Below are positions 35,511 to 45,735 of a DNA stretch of 64,000 nucleotides, piece after piece; the first letter of the stretch is position 1, and each line of letters begins with the position of its first letter. The notes under the pieces were generated by a model, which searched no databases, was not told the DNA's origin, and saw nothing but the letters and a program-made list of their open reading frames with translations. The position numbers were made by a program, and so were the translations under genes. The stretch covers positions 10,342 to 74,341 of the forward strand of contig JAZREJ010000014.1 of assembly GCA_045660745.1 (NCBI GenBank). Reading direction: 5' to 3'. The stretch is from Eubacteriales bacterium. Its GTDB lineage: Bacteria > Bacillota > Clostridia > Oscillospirales > SIG627.

Positions 35511-36433
35511 AGTCTTATACCCTGAAAGCTCTGCCGTCTTTCAAACTCCTTATCAATTTCATCAAGGAAGGAAAATTTCTTCCTTGTCCAAATCGGGGAA
35601 AGAAGAAGCTCGCCCCGTCCGTCTCCCGTAAGGCGTTCTATCACGACCTCGGGAGGTATATATTCTATCTGATTGCACAAAAGGTGCACGTATTCATCTC
35701 TTTCAAAGTAAGGAAGAGCCCCTTCACGCCACATTTTCTCAATGCCGCTTCCTTTCTCAACGTAAAGCAGATGCAGTTTCATGGCAAACGGGTGAAGCGC
35801 CCCGACTGTCTTAACGCTTTCGGTCATCTGCTCGGTGGACTCACCCGGTAGTCCGTTTATAAGATGAACCGCAGTCTTTATACCTCTCTCCTTCAGTTTT
35901 TCGAAGGTTAAAAGAAAATCCTCAAAGGTATGCCCTCGGTTTATTATCTCAAGAGTTTTATTGAAAATACTCTGAAGCCCAAGCTCTACTACAAAATAAG
36001 TCTTTTCGGAAAGCTCAGAGAAAAGGTCAAGTGTTTCATCTGATATGCAATCCGGACGAGTGGACACCGTAAGTCCAACCGTTCCGGGAAGTGCAAGTGC
36101 TCTGTAATACACCTCTTTTAATACAGGAGTGGGAGCATAGGTATTTGTATGTGTCTGAAAATATACGATGAACTTATCGGTGGGCCATTTTTTTAAAAGC
36201 ACGTCGCGTGTGGAAAGATACTGCTCCTCAAGGCTTTTGTCGGAATTGGGTCCGGATCCGTCCGAACAAAAGATACATCCTCCGCAGGAGATTGTGCCGT
36301 CAATATTGGGGCAAGAAAAGCCCGCATCAACAGGAACCTTTACCACCTTTGACCCGAATGTAGACTTAAGATGAAAATTATGAGTATGGTAGCGCTTATT
36401 GTCAAGCGAATACAAAAAATTACCGTTTGCCAC
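35507..36433 (-). CDS. TIGR01212-type (YtqA/YhcC-like) radical SAM protein
   Basis: Cys cluster region FSCPNIDGTISCGGCIFC. The likely start is the second in-frame GTG (36433), 8 nt after GGAGG; the track start GTG at 36442 overlaps the SD. Confidence 0.75.
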   Translation of the reverse strand: MANGNFLYSLDNKRYHTHNFHLKSTFGSKVVKVPVDAGFSCPNIDGTISCGGCIFCSDGSGPNSDKSLEEQYLSTRDVLLKKWPTDKFIVYFQTHTNTYAPTPVLKEVYYRALALPGTVGLTVSTRPDCISDETLDLFSELSEKTYFVVELGLQSIFNKTLEIINRGHTFEDFLLTFEKLKERGIKTAVHLINGLPGESTEQMTESVKTVGALHPFAMKLHLLYVEKGSGIEKMWREGALPYFERDEYVHLLCNQIEYIPPEVVIERLTGDGRGELLLSPIWTRKKFSFLDEIDKEFERRQSFQGIRL

Positions 36434-36683
36434 AACGCACACCTCCCCATTTTATCTTCCATAATAATATATGCTCCTCGGTTTGTCAATATAATTTTTT
36501 TATTCTTTCAGGATTTTACGACATTTATGTTACGATTTTCTATATTCCAAACCGACTCCGACTTGAAACCTGCAATCATCAATTGTCGAAGATGACTTTT
36601 TATTTTCCGAAAATTTTCTGCATAAAAAAGGAAGTATATGGCAGACTAAATATGAGAAAAATACGTGTTTTTTGGGGGCAAAA

Positions 36684-36950
36684 ATGATAAAAGGCTGTAA
36701 TAGACGAGTAATAGTTGTAAAACATCCCGAGAGCGAAAGCTTTGAGGAAGCGTACTTCATTGTAAGGGAAGGAAAATTCAAGAGAAAAAGCGATACCGCA
36801 AGTCTTGTCGGAGAAGCAAACAGGCTTATAAACGGAGAAAGTACACCGCATTTCCCAAAAAAGCCGAGGCTTTCAAGAGGCTTTTGCGCAGCTCTGTCTT
36901 TTGTTGCCGGAGCGGTGAGCTCTTTTCTGATTTTTTATAATATAATGTAA
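36684..36950 (+). CDS. small hypothetical protein with a C-terminal TM helix
   Basis: MIKGCNRRVIVVKHPESESFEEAYFIVREG... followed by CAALSFVAGAVSSFLIFYNI. No function assignable. Coding status is inferred from ORF length and position only. Confidence 0.4.
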   Translation: MIKGCNRRVIVVKHPESESFEEAYFIVREGKFKRKSDTASLVGEANRLINGESTPHFPKKPRLSRGFCAALSFVAGAVSSFLIFYNIM

Positions 36951-37036
36951 GAAAAATCTTGCTTTTTTTCAAGAAAAGGTATATAATAAGATGTATATGT
37001 CATAAAGTGACACTTTTACCGAAAGGAGGCAGAAAA

Positions 37037-40000
37037 ATGTTTTTAAAAAGTCTGACGATGCATGGCTTTAAATCATTCCCCGACAAAACTACCATCAGCT
37101 TTGACCGAGGAATAACCGCCATCGTCGGCCCCAACGGAAGTGGAAAATCAAATATTTCGGACGCTGTGCGTTGGGTACTTGGTGAAATGTCTCCCAAAAG
37201 TCTTCGTGGCTCAAAAATGGAGGACGTTATTTTTAACGGAACCTCAAAGAGAAAGATGGCGGGATACGCCGAGGTAACAATGACGCTCGACAACACCGAC
37301 AGAAAAAGCACCTTCGACGCAGATGAGATAGACGTGTGCAGAAGGCTTTATCGCTCGGGTGAGAGCGAATACTACATAAATAACAAACAGGTCAGACTGC
37401 GCGACGTTGTCGATATATTTCTTAATACAGGTATCGGACGTGAGGGCTATTCGGTTATCGGACAGGGTAAGATAGCCGACGTTATCAGCCGTAAGAACGA
37501 TGAAAGACGCGGCATCTTTGAAGAGGCGGCAGGTATATCAAAGCTTCGCTACCAAAAGAAAGAGGCTGTATCAAAGCTTGAGAAGGTAGGAGTAAACCTT
37601 GAGCGTATCGGTGACATACTCACCGAAGTTGAGTCCCGACTCCCCTCTCTTAAACGCCAGAGCGAAAAGGCGGAAAAATATACTGTTTTGAAAAACGAGC
37701 GTACCGAGCTTGAGGTATCAAGCTTTGCCGCACGTATCGCCGCGATAGACAAGGAATCCGAAAAGACCTCGGAAAACCTTGCTCTTGAAGAAAAAACGCT
37801 TATGGAGACCGAAGCGGCAATCGAGGAGTCAGACCGTCTTGTAGACGTAAACTATCTGAAAACGGGAGAGGTAAAGGCATCCGAAAGCCGTGCGAGAGGC
37901 GAACGTGACGAGCTTCTTGCAAAGCTTTCCCGGGCAGTGTCCGAGCTCTCAATCCTTGAAAACGACACCGCACACTTTGAAACGACGAAGAAAGAAATTC
38001 TCTCGTCTATTGAAGAAAACAAAGAGAAGACCGTAGCTCTGGACGAAGAGCGTGCGGCAATAGAAAAAAGAGTTTCCGAGATTCTTACCGAGCTTGAAGA
38101 AAACAGCGCTCTTAAAGAAAAAAATCTCAAAGAGACGGAAAACACAAGAGCCGCTATCCTCTCACTCCGCGACAGGGTACACGAAGCGGAAGAGGCAAGA
38201 GAAAAAATACTCTCGGAAAAGAATGAGAACGACCTTATACTCAAAGAGGGCGAAAGCTATAACGCCATCCGACGCGAGCGTCTTGACAAGGTATCCGAGC
38301 AAAAGGCTTCAACGGAAGCAGCTCTGAAAAAAGCAGTTTCCGAAAAGAAGGCAAGCGAAAAGGCAACAGACGAGAAGAGCGACAGTCTTGAGGACATTGA
38401 AATAAGTCTTTCAAACGACAGAGAAAAGCTTCGTGAATTCGAAGAGGTATGCGACACGCTTTCGGAAAAGAAGCAAAAGCTCCGTCTTAAGCTTCTTGAG
38501 GTAAACCAGCGCCGCGAAACGCTTGAGCGAATGGAAAGACTTCTTGAGGGCTTCTCGGGAAGCGTCAAGGCAGTCATGTCGGCAAGCGAGCTTTCGGGAA
38601 TACACGGCCCCGTATCAAAGCTTATCGTAACAGATGCCGAATACATTACGGCAATCGAGACATGTCTCGGAGCCGCAATGCAAAATATAGTTGTTGAAAA
38701 CGAGGATGCCGCAAAAGCTGCGATAGCCTACCTGAAAAGAACCAATTCGGGACGTGCGACCTTCCTTCCGCTGACCACTGTCAAAGGAAGCCTTGCGGAC
38801 GTTTCGGCTGTCAAGAAAATGAGAGGCTTCATCTCGGTTGCAAGCGAGCTTGTAAGATGCGATGAAAAATACCGCGACATTGTAAATCAGCTTCTCGGAC
38901 GCACCGTTGTGTGCGACACGATAGATTCTGCAACTCCCCTGGCACGCGCACTTAACTTCAAGGTGAGAATAATCACCCTTGACGGACAGCTTATCAACGC
39001 AGGCGGCTCTTATACCGGCGGTCAGAGCCTTAAATCGAGCGCAATACTCACCCGCCGTGCGGATATAGAGGAGCTTGAGCGCGAGGGTGCAAGATACGAA
39101 AAGGAAATTTCCGAAATAAACGCTGAAATATCAGAAAAGCAGAAGGAGAAAAACGTTATCGAATCCTCCTTCCTTGAACGCGAGCGTGAAGCAGAGCTTT
39201 ACCGCCGTGCACTTTTTGAAATAGAAAAGGAATATTCTGTAGTACTTGAGCGTATTACTACCCTTGAAGAAAGCCTTGCCGCCATTACCGAAGAGTACGA
39301 TTCCCTCTCACACACCGAAAACGTCACACGCGACACGATGTCGGGATTCGTCACAAAGAAGGCAGAGCTTGAAAAACGCCTTGCAGAGGCGACAAATACC
39401 CGCGAAGCGCTTGAAAGAGAGGTTCTTTCTGAGGAAGAAAGACTTCTTGCCCTCAACGAAGAAGCGGGAGAGCTTACCCGTCAGCGCACAGAGCTTGAGG
39501 TAGAAAGCGCCTCCTTCTCTGAAAAGTGCGAGGGTATTTCCAACATGAAGAAAGCGCTTGAAAGCGCTACGATTACATCCAAAGCAAGACTTGAGGAGCT
39601 TGATGCCCGCCGCGAAGGAGCTGCACGAAGCATTGCGGACAAGCTTGTTGAAAAGGACGGCATTGAAAAGCTCATTTCGGCAAAGGACGAAGAACTCAAG
39701 GCGCTTGAAGAAAAAATACGCACCCTTGAAGCAGAAGCTCTCGACATACGCGCAAACCAAAAGAGCCTCGGAGAAAAGAAGGAGACAGCCTTCAAGCTTG
39801 TCACACAGCTCAAGGCAAAGGTCGATGAGCTTGCCCTTGAAAAGACGAATATACTCACCCGTCTTGCAGAAGACTACGACATGGACTTTGACATGGCGGT
39901 GGTATTTGCATCAAGTTCTCACTCCAATCATACTCTTTCTAAGGAGGAGAAGGAGGAACGTCTTCTTTATTTGCGCACCGAGATGAAGAAGCTCGGAAGC

Positions 40001-40603
40001 GTAAATCTCGAATCAATTGAGGAATACCGAGAGACCAAGGAGCGTTACGACTTCCTCAAAGCACAGTTTGATGACGCTTCAAATGCAAAGGCGTCTCTTG
40101 AAAAGATGATAGTACAGCTTGACACCTCCATGCGCGAGAAGTTCTCAGAAAGCCTTGTAAAGATACAAAAGGCATTCAAAGAGACCTTCGTTGAGCTTTT
40201 CGGAGGAGGAAGTGCGGAAATTATCGTAAGCGGAGAGGACGTGCTCGAATGCTCGATAGACATCAATGTTCAGCCTCCCGGAAAGATAATAAAGAGCCTT
40301 TCGCTCCTTTCCGGAGGCGAGCAAAGTATCGTTGCTATAGCACTATACCTTGCAATACTCAGGGTATCCCCATCCCCATTCTGCATCTTTGACGAGATAG
40401 AAGCAGCGCTTGATGACGCAAACGTTGCACGTTTCGGTGAATACCTTAAGCGTTATTCGCTGTCAACACAGTTTATAGTTATTACACACAGACGAGGCAC
40501 TATGGAAGCGGCAGACATGCTCTATGGAATCACCATGCAGGAAAAGGGTGTTTCCGACTACATACGTGTTACTCTTGACGAATATCAGGGAGAAATTAAT
40601 TAA
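37037..40603 (+). CDS. smc: chromosome segregation protein SMC
   Basis: Trimmed to MFLKSLTMHGFKSF (AGGAGG upstream). Walker A GPNGSGKSN, long coiled coils, a hinge, the signature LSGGEQS and Walker B FCIFDEIEAALD. Confidence 0.95.
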   Translation: MFLKSLTMHGFKSFPDKTTISFDRGITAIVGPNGSGKSNISDAVRWVLGEMSPKSLRGSKMEDVIFNGTSKRKMAGYAEVTMTLDNTDRKSTFDADEIDVCRRLYRSGESEYYINNKQVRLRDVVDIFLNTGIGREGYSVIGQGKIADVISRKNDERRGIFEEAAGISKLRYQKKEAVSKLEKVGVNLERIGDILTEVESRLPSLKRQSEKAEKYTVLKNERTELEVSSFAARIAAIDKESEKTSENLALEEKTLMETEAAIEESDRLVDVNYLKTGEVKASESRARGERDELLAKLSRAVSELSILENDTAHFETTKKEILSSIEENKEKTVALDEERAAIEKRVSEILTELEENSALKEKNLKETENTRAAILSLRDRVHEAEEAREKILSEKNENDLILKEGESYNAIRRERLDKVSEQKASTEAALKKAVSEKKASEKATDEKSDSLEDIEISLSNDREKLREFEEVCDTLSEKKQKLRLKLLEVNQRRETLERMERLLEGFSGSVKAVMSASELSGIHGPVSKLIVTDAEYITAIETCLGAAMQNIVVENEDAAKAAIAYLKRTNSGRATFLPLTTVKGSLADVSAVKKMRGFISVASELVRCDEKYRDIVNQLLGRTVVCDTIDSATPLARALNFKVRIITLDGQLINAGGSYTGGQSLKSSAILTRRADIEELEREGARYEKEISEINAEISEKQKEKNVIESSFLEREREAELYRRALFEIEKEYSVVLERITTLEESLAAITEEYDSLSHTENVTRDTMSGFVTKKAELEKRLAEATNTREALEREVLSEEERLLALNEEAGELTRQRTELEVESASFSEKCEGISNMKKALESATITSKARLEELDARREGAARSIADKLVEKDGIEKLISAKDEELKALEEKIRTLEAEALDIRANQKSLGEKKETAFKLVTQLKAKVDELALEKTNILTRLAEDYDMDFDMAVVFASSSHSNHTLSKEEKEERLLYLRTEMKKLGSVNLESIEEYRETKERYDFLKAQFDDASNAKASLEKMIVQLDTSMREKFSESLVKIQKAFKETFVELFGGGSAEIIVSGEDVLECSIDINVQPPGKIIKSLSLLSGGEQSIVAIALYLAILRVSPSPFCIFDEIEAALDDANVARFGEYLKRYSLSTQFIVITHRRGTMEAADMLYGITMQEKGVSDYIRVTLDEYQGEIN

Positions 40604-41511
40604 TGGGATTTTTCGAAAAACTCAAGGCGGGACTTAAAAAGACAAAAAACGCCGTTATCGAACAAATGAATTCGTTGTTTACCCACTCGGAGCTTGACGA
40701 TGATTTCTGGGATGAGCTTGAAGAGCTTTTGGTACTTGCCGACGTTGGAATAACAGCAGCAGGCGATATAACCGAAGAGCTTCGCGAACGCACCAAGGAA
40801 AACAAAATAAAAATTGCCACAGAGGCAAGAGAAATGCTTCTTGACATCCTGCGCGAACGCCTTGACTCGGAAAACACGGAGCTTAATCTTTCCACAAAGC
40901 CTTCGGTAATACTCGTTATCGGAGTAAACGGTGTCGGAAAGACCACCTCCATTGCAAAGATTGCCTCCTACCTCAAGAGCGAGGGTAAGACATGCGTGCT
41001 TGCAGCGGCTGACACCTTCCGTGCGGCAGCAATCGACCAGCTTGCAGTATGGGCAGACAGAGTAGGCGTTGACCTTATCCGCCAAAGTGAGGGAGCCGAC
41101 CCATCTGCAGTAGTATTCGACGCGGCGGCAGCAGTGCGCAAAAAGGGTGCCGACGTGCTTATCGTTGACACCGCAGGCAGACTTCACAACAAGAAAAACC
41201 TTATGGACGAGCTTGCCAAGATGGACCGAGTCCTTAACCGAGAGCTTCCGGATGCATCACGCGAAACACTTCTCGTGCTTGATGCCACAACGGGTCAAAA
41301 TGCCGTAAATCAGGCAAAGGAATTTAAAAAGAGCGCAGACATCACGGGACTTGTTCTCACAAAGCTCGACGGCACAGCAAAGGGCGGCGTTGTCTTCTCT
41401 GTAAAGAAAGAGCTTGATATACCCGTAAAATTTATAGGTGTCGGCGAGGGAGTTGAGGATCTTCGTCCCTTTGATTCAAACGACTTTGTAAAGGCTTTGT
41501 TTGAGGACTGA
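40603..41511 (+). CDS. ftsY: signal recognition particle receptor FtsY
   Basis: NG domain with [22 protein letters not shown] and [10 protein letters not shown] motifs. Its start overlaps the smc stop (TAATG). Confidence 0.95.
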   Translation: MGFFEKLKAGLKKTKNAVIEQMNSLFTHSELDDDFWDELEELLVLADVGITAAGDITEELRERTKENKIKIATEAREMLLDILRERLDSENTELNLSTKPSVILVIGVNGVGKTTSIAKIASYLKSEGKTCVLAAADTFRAAAIDQLAVWADRVGVDLIRQSEGADPSAVVFDAAAAVRKKGADVLIVDTAGRLHNKKNLMDELAKMDRVLNRELPDASRETLLVLDATTGQNAVNQAKEFKKSADITGLVLTKLDGTAKGGVVFSVKKELDIPVKFIGVGEGVEDLRPFDSNDFVKALFED

Positions 41512-41513
41512 AC

Positions 41514-42122
41514 ATGAAAAAACTCGTTTTATCAACAAGAAACAAACATAAAATAAAAGAAGTCGAGACAATACTCACCGAATGCCTCGGAGCACAGGTG
41601 GAAATACTAAGTCTTGACGATATCAAATTTTATGACGAAATCGTAGAGGACGGAACAACCTTTGAGGAAAATGCCCTCATCAAGGCAAGAGCCGCCTTTA
41701 ACAAGAGCGGTATTCCATCCATCGCCGACGATTCGGGACTTGCTGTAAACGCCCTCGGAGGCGCCCCCGGTATATATTCGGCGCGCTATGCCTCCATTGA
41801 CGGACAGGACGCAGACGATAACGAAAATAACCGACTGCTTCTCAAAAATCTTGAAGGCAAAAACGACCGCTCGGCATCCTACGTCTGCGCCATTGCTTAC
41901 GTTGGTCCCGACGGAGAATTTACCGTAAGAGGAGAGACTTACGGAAGGATACTTGAAGAGGCTCACGGAGATGGTGGATTTGGATACGATCCATACTTTT
42001 TCAGCAATGATGCGGGAGCTCCGTTCGGTATGATATCCGCGGAAGAAAAGAACAAATACAGTCACAGAAGACGTGCGCTTGAAGCGGCGGCAAAAATTTG
42101 GGAGAAAAACAATGACAAGTAA
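41514..42122 (+). CDS. rdgB: XTP/dITP diphosphatase (RdgB/HAM1 family)
   Basis: LSTRNKHKIKE, ADDSGLAVNALGGAPGIYSAR, GFGYDPYF, SHRRRA. Confidence 0.9.
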   Translation: MKKLVLSTRNKHKIKEVETILTECLGAQVEILSLDDIKFYDEIVEDGTTFEENALIKARAAFNKSGIPSIADDSGLAVNALGGAPGIYSARYASIDGQDADDNENNRLLLKNLEGKNDRSASYVCAIAYVGPDGEFTVRGETYGRILEEAHGDGGFGYDPYFFSNDAGAPFGMISAEEKNKYSHRRRALEAAAKIWEKNNDK

Positions 42123-42402
42123 ACAGCGTTCATACCTTAAAGGACTCGCAATGTCAGAGCAGGCTATTTTTCAGCTTGGAAAGGGCGACATTGACGAGAA
42201 TTTCATAAAGCAGATAGACTCAGCTCTCGAAGCGCGTGAGCTTATAAAAATATCCTGTCTGCAAACACATATCGAAGGCCCGCACGCGGCGGCTGAAATA
42301 CTTGCCGACGAAACGGGTGCAGACGTCGTACAAATCATCGGTTCAAAGATAGTTTTGTACCGTGAGAGTCGAGAGAATAAAAAAATCGTTCTCCCAAAAT
42401 GA
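42112..42402 (+). CDS. yhbY: ribosome assembly RNA-binding protein YhbY (CRM domain)
   Basis: Trimmed to MTSKQRSYLKGLAMSEQAIFQLGKGDI...ELIKI. Confidence 0.85.
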   Translation: MTSKQRSYLKGLAMSEQAIFQLGKGDIDENFIKQIDSALEARELIKISCLQTHIEGPHAAAEILADETGADVVQIIGSKIVLYRESRENKKIVLPK

Positions 42403-43004
42403 GAACAGGCATTTTCGGAGGCACCTTCAATCCCCCGCACAAGGGGCACGCCGAGGCGCTCAGGTGCTTTATAAAATCGGCACATCTTGACAGAGTTCTC
42501 GTAATTCCGTCATTTCTTCCGCCTCACAAAGCTCTTCCGGAGAAAAGGGCAGAATTTGAGGACAGACTTGAAATGTGCAAGCTCGCTTTTTCAGAGCATT
42601 CAAAGCTTTGTGAAATTATTTTTTCTGATATCGAAAAGACTCTGTTTTTAAAAACAGGCGAAAAGAATTACACGTTCAAAACACTTGCGGAACTTAAGAA
42701 GGATTCAGACAGTACATTCTGCCTGTTTGTGGGAACGGATATGCTCCTCACCTTCGCATCATGGAAAAACACCGAGTATCTTTTGGCTAACGCAGAGCTT
42801 TGGGTAATGCCGAGAGGAGATGCAAAAGACGGTGAGATAGAATCCGAAAAAGTAAGACTTTCGGAAAAATATCCGACGTCCTCCATATTTATGATAAACG
42901 ACGAACCGCTCCCCGCATCCTCCACCGAGGTACGTGCCGGATGTCTTTCACTCATTGACGCAAGAGTCAGAGAATATATTGTAAGCCGAGGTCTTTACCA
43001 ATGA
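42399..43004 (+). CDS. nadD: nicotinate-nucleotide adenylyltransferase
   Basis: GIFGGTFNPPHKGH motif and ...SSTEVR. Overlaps the yhbY stop by 4 nt. Confidence 0.92.
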   Translation: MRTGIFGGTFNPPHKGHAEALRCFIKSAHLDRVLVIPSFLPPHKALPEKRAEFEDRLEMCKLAFSEHSKLCEIIFSDIEKTLFLKTGEKNYTFKTLAELKKDSDSTFCLFVGTDMLLTFASWKNTEYLLANAELWVMPRGDAKDGEIESEKVRLSEKYPTSSIFMINDEPLPASSTEVRAGCLSLIDARVREYIVSRGLYQ

Positions 43005-43603
43005 CAGGTCTTATAGAGAAAATGAAAAAAGTCCTACCCGAGTCAAGGTTTACACACGTTATGGCAGTAGTCGAGGAGGCTGAATTTCTCGCACAGGCAG
43101 TAGGATGTAAATCTTTTGATACGCTTATCAGAGCAGCAATACTCCACGACTGCACAAAACCGCTTACCTACTCGGAGCAGATAAGCTTTGCCGAAAAATA
43201 CTCATACCCTCTCACCGAAGACGACCTTCGCTCCCCCGAAGTGCTTCACTCTGTAACCGGAGCATTGGCGGCACGCTATGAATTTGGCGAAACGGATGAA
43301 GTGGCAAGTCTCATTTTCTTTCACACAACAGGAAAGGCTGACATGAGCCTTTTTGAAAAGATACTTTTTATTTCGGATTATACCGAACACACCCGCCGTC
43401 ACGACGTATGCCGTGCCGAGCGTGAGTTATTACACAACGGTCTTGAAAAAGCGCGTTCAAACGAAGAAAGAATAAAGCTTCTTGATATATCCGCTCTTCG
43501 TATTCTCGAAAACACCGTCTCCCACCTCAAGGAGAAAAAGGTGTTTATCCACCCCGATACAATTCGTGCCATTGATTTTTTGAAAACGCAAGGAGAATCA
43601 TGA
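43001..43603 (+). CDS. yqeK: HD-domain bis(5'-nucleosyl)-tetraphosphatase YqeK
   Basis: HD-domain motifs (RFTHVMAV...AAILHDCTK...HT). Conserved position after nadD. Confidence 0.85.
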   Translation: MTGLIEKMKKVLPESRFTHVMAVVEEAEFLAQAVGCKSFDTLIRAAILHDCTKPLTYSEQISFAEKYSYPLTEDDLRSPEVLHSVTGALAARYEFGETDEVASLIFFHTTGKADMSLFEKILFISDYTEHTRRHDVCRAERELLHNGLEKARSNEERIKLLDISALRILENTVSHLKEKKVFIHPDTIRAIDFLKTQGES

Positions 43604-45351
43604 AAGAAGAAAAAAAGAGAGCAGGAAAGACTCCCGACCGAAGCCGTATAAAAAGAGAGGTCACAAGTCTTAAAGCTTTAAAAAATAAAGAAAACACAGA
43701 AAAAACTGCGGTGTCTACTGTTGTAGAATCTCCCCCGATTGAAAAAACGGAAACAAAAAAAGAAAAGAAAACAGAAGCACCAATCACCGAAGCTCCCGTT
43801 TTAAAGACTAAAGGGAAAAAGCAAAAAAAGAAACGCAAAAGCAAATTTTTCAACAAATACACCATTATACTGTTATCTCTTTTGTTGATAATAGTAATAG
43901 GCTTAGCAAGTCTTTACATCTGGTACAGAAATGCAACAGTCTCTTGGGATTCACGCAATCCTTTCAAGAATAAGCCCGAATTTTTGCAAAGCTTTTCAGC
44001 AAAAGACGACAATCCTTTCTGGATGGATTGCTGTCTTGCAAATTACTTCAGAACATCAACACCCCCGGAGCCTGTTGAAGGAGTAATAAGAAACAAAAAC
44101 TCATACAATATACTCGTTATAGGTAAGGACAGAGTCGGACTTAACACCGATGTTATGATGGTACTCAACTTCAACAGTGCCACACAAAAAATAAATCTCT
44201 TACAAATTCCACGCGACACCTACGTTGAGGATAGTGTAAATAAGGTGGGAAATAAGAGAATCAACGCAATATACGCGCACTGGATAAGCCAGAACAGAAA
44301 GAATTACAAAACACTTAACGAAACCTACGAGGCAGGTCTTTCATATCTTGAAAAAACCATCGAATCAACCTTCGGTATTACCATCGACCATCACTGCATG
44401 ATAGATTTAAACGGATTTGTCAAGATAATCGACGCAATAGGCGGTGTTCCAATGAACGTTCCGAGCAACATGTATTACGTTGACGAGGAACAGGGACTTT
44501 ATATCAACCTTAAAAAGGGTCAGCAGACCCTCTCGGGTAAGGATGCGGAAGGCTTTGTAAGATTCAGAAGCGGATACGCTATGGGAGACCTCGGAAGAGT
44601 AGACGCGCAGAAGCTGTTCATGGCGGCACTCCTTGAAAAGCTTACAAGCTCGGATTGGTACACCTTTGACAAGCTCACTGACGTTGCATCCCTTGTACTC
44701 GATTACTGTACTACCACCATGACGCTCACGGATATCCTGGGATATATCAAGCTGATTGACTTCGGTACTCTCGGTGCCGATTCGATAACCTTCTATACCG
44801 CCGCAGGTGAGCCGTTTACGGGATCGGGAGGTGCAGCGCTGTATTCTCTTTATACAAAAGAAAACCTTGAAATAATCAACTCAGCATTCAACGTTTATAA
44901 CGTGGATATAGACGAAAGTCATATTTCGCTTGTAGAACAGGTGAAATCAGGATATTGGAATCCTAACGTTTCTGGATACACACCCGATGACGTAAAAGAT
45001 AATCAACCCCACGTATGGGGAGGAGGCTCAAGCACAACAAAGCCTTCAACCCCATCGGAGGACGATAAACCTGTAGAGGGTGATGAACCTACAGTGGATG
45101 ATGAACCTACAGTGGACGATGAACCTACAGTAGACGATGACCCTACAGTAGACGATGAACCTACAGGGGACGATGAACCTACAGTGGATGATGAACCTAC
45201 AGAGGACGATGAACCTACAGTAGATGATGAACCTACAGTAGATGATGAACCTGTAGAGGACGAAGAACCTCCCACCCCCGAAAAGCCATATAATCCGGAT
45301 GAACCTACGGTAGAAATACCGGCTTCTGGTGCAAACCTTATCATTACATAA
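43600..45351 (+). CDS. LytR/CpsA/Psr (LCP) family protein with a Lys-rich N-terminal tail and an acidic C-terminal repeat
   Basis: TM helix ILLSLLLIIVIGLASLYIW and an LCP core (NILVIGKDRVGLNTDVMMVLNF...LLQIPRDTYV...FVRFRSGYAMGDLGRVDAQ). The C-terminus carries (DDEPTV)n. Confidence 0.85.
   Translation: MKEEKKRAGKTPDRSRIKREVTSLKALKNKENTEKTAVSTVVESPPIEKTETKKEKKTEAPITEAPVLKTKGKKQKKKRKSKFFNKYTIILLSLLLIIVIGLASLYIWYRNATVSWDSRNPFKNKPEFLQSFSAKDDNPFWMDCCLANYFRTSTPPEPVEGVIRNKNSYNILVIGKDRVGLNTDVMMVLNFNSATQKINLLQIPRDTYVEDSVNKVGNKRINAIYAHWISQNRKNYKTLNETYEAGLSYLEKTIESTFGITIDHHCMIDLNGFVKIIDAIGGVPMNVPSNMYYVDEEQGLYINLKKGQQTLSGKDAEGFVRFRSGYAMGDLGRVDAQKLFMAALLEKLTSSDWYTFDKLTDVASLVLDYCTTTMTLTDILGYIKLIDFGTLGADSITFYTAAGEPFTGSGGAALYSLYTKENLEIINSAFNVYNVDIDESHISLVEQVKSGYWNPNVSGYTPDDVKDNQPHVWGGGSSTTKPSTPSEDDKPVEGDEPTVDDEPTVDDEPTVDDDPTVDDEPTGDDEPTVDDEPTEDDEPTVDDEPTVDDEPVEDEEPPTPEKPYNPDEPTVEIPASGANLIIT
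45061..45276 (+). repeat. 18-bp in-frame tandem repeat, 12 units, encoding (D/G)-D-E-P-T-V
   Basis: Units begin at 45061, 45079, 45097 ... 45259. The consensus is GAYGATGAACCTACAGTR with a few point differences per unit. Confidence 0.9.
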
Positions 45352-45372
45352 AATTAAAGTCAGGAGAAAAAT

Positions 45373-45735
45373 ATGGATAAAGAATACTCAAAAACACTTT
45401 CGGAAGATATAGTAAAGATACTTGATGACAAAAAAGCCTACAACATTAAGCTTCTTCACGTTGTGGAGCAGACCGTAATTGCCGACTATTTCGTTCTTGC
45501 AAACGGTTCAAGCTCAACTCAGATAAGAGCGCTTGCGGATGAGGTTGAATTCAAGCTCGGTGAAAAGGGTATCCCCTTGACCCGTCGCGAGGGATACGTT
45601 TCCTCTGATTGGATAGTGCTTGACTATGATTGCGTGCTCGTTCACATATTCTCACGAGAAGCACGTGACACGTTCAACCTTGAAAAACTATGGGCTGACG
45701 CCGTAGATGTTGACATTTCAGGGCTTTTAGTATAA
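45373..45735 (+). CDS. rsfS: ribosome silencing factor RsfS
   Basis: About 120 aa. IADYFVLANGSSSTQIRALADEV...WIVLDYDCVLVHIF. Confidence 0.9.
   Translation: MDKEYSKTLSEDIVKILDDKKAYNIKLLHVVEQTVIADYFVLANGSSSTQIRALADEVEFKLGEKGIPLTRREGYVSSDWIVLDYDCVLVHIFSREARDTFNLEKLWADAVDVDISGLLV

Noticed and set aside
36959-37036. Longer N-terminal extensions offered by the ORF track (smc 36959, pheT 2911, pheS 3995, topA 33661, ydjI-like 17048, and others)
   Set aside because: Internal ATG codons with good GGAGG-type RBSs coincide with the conserved N-termini of the families, and the extensions have no RBS and odd composition.
37037-40603. SMC-fold protein as a possible Lamassu/Wadjet-type defence ATPase
   Set aside because: It is full-length (1188 aa) canonical SMC with hinge, signature motif and Walker B. 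It is followed by ftsY as in the housekeeping locus, and there are no JetABCD/LmuAB-like partners.
45003-45344. 113-aa Ser/Gly/Thr-rich minus-strand ORF
   Set aside because: It is the antisense reading of the 18-bp DDEPTV tandem repeat, an artefact of repeat periodicity.
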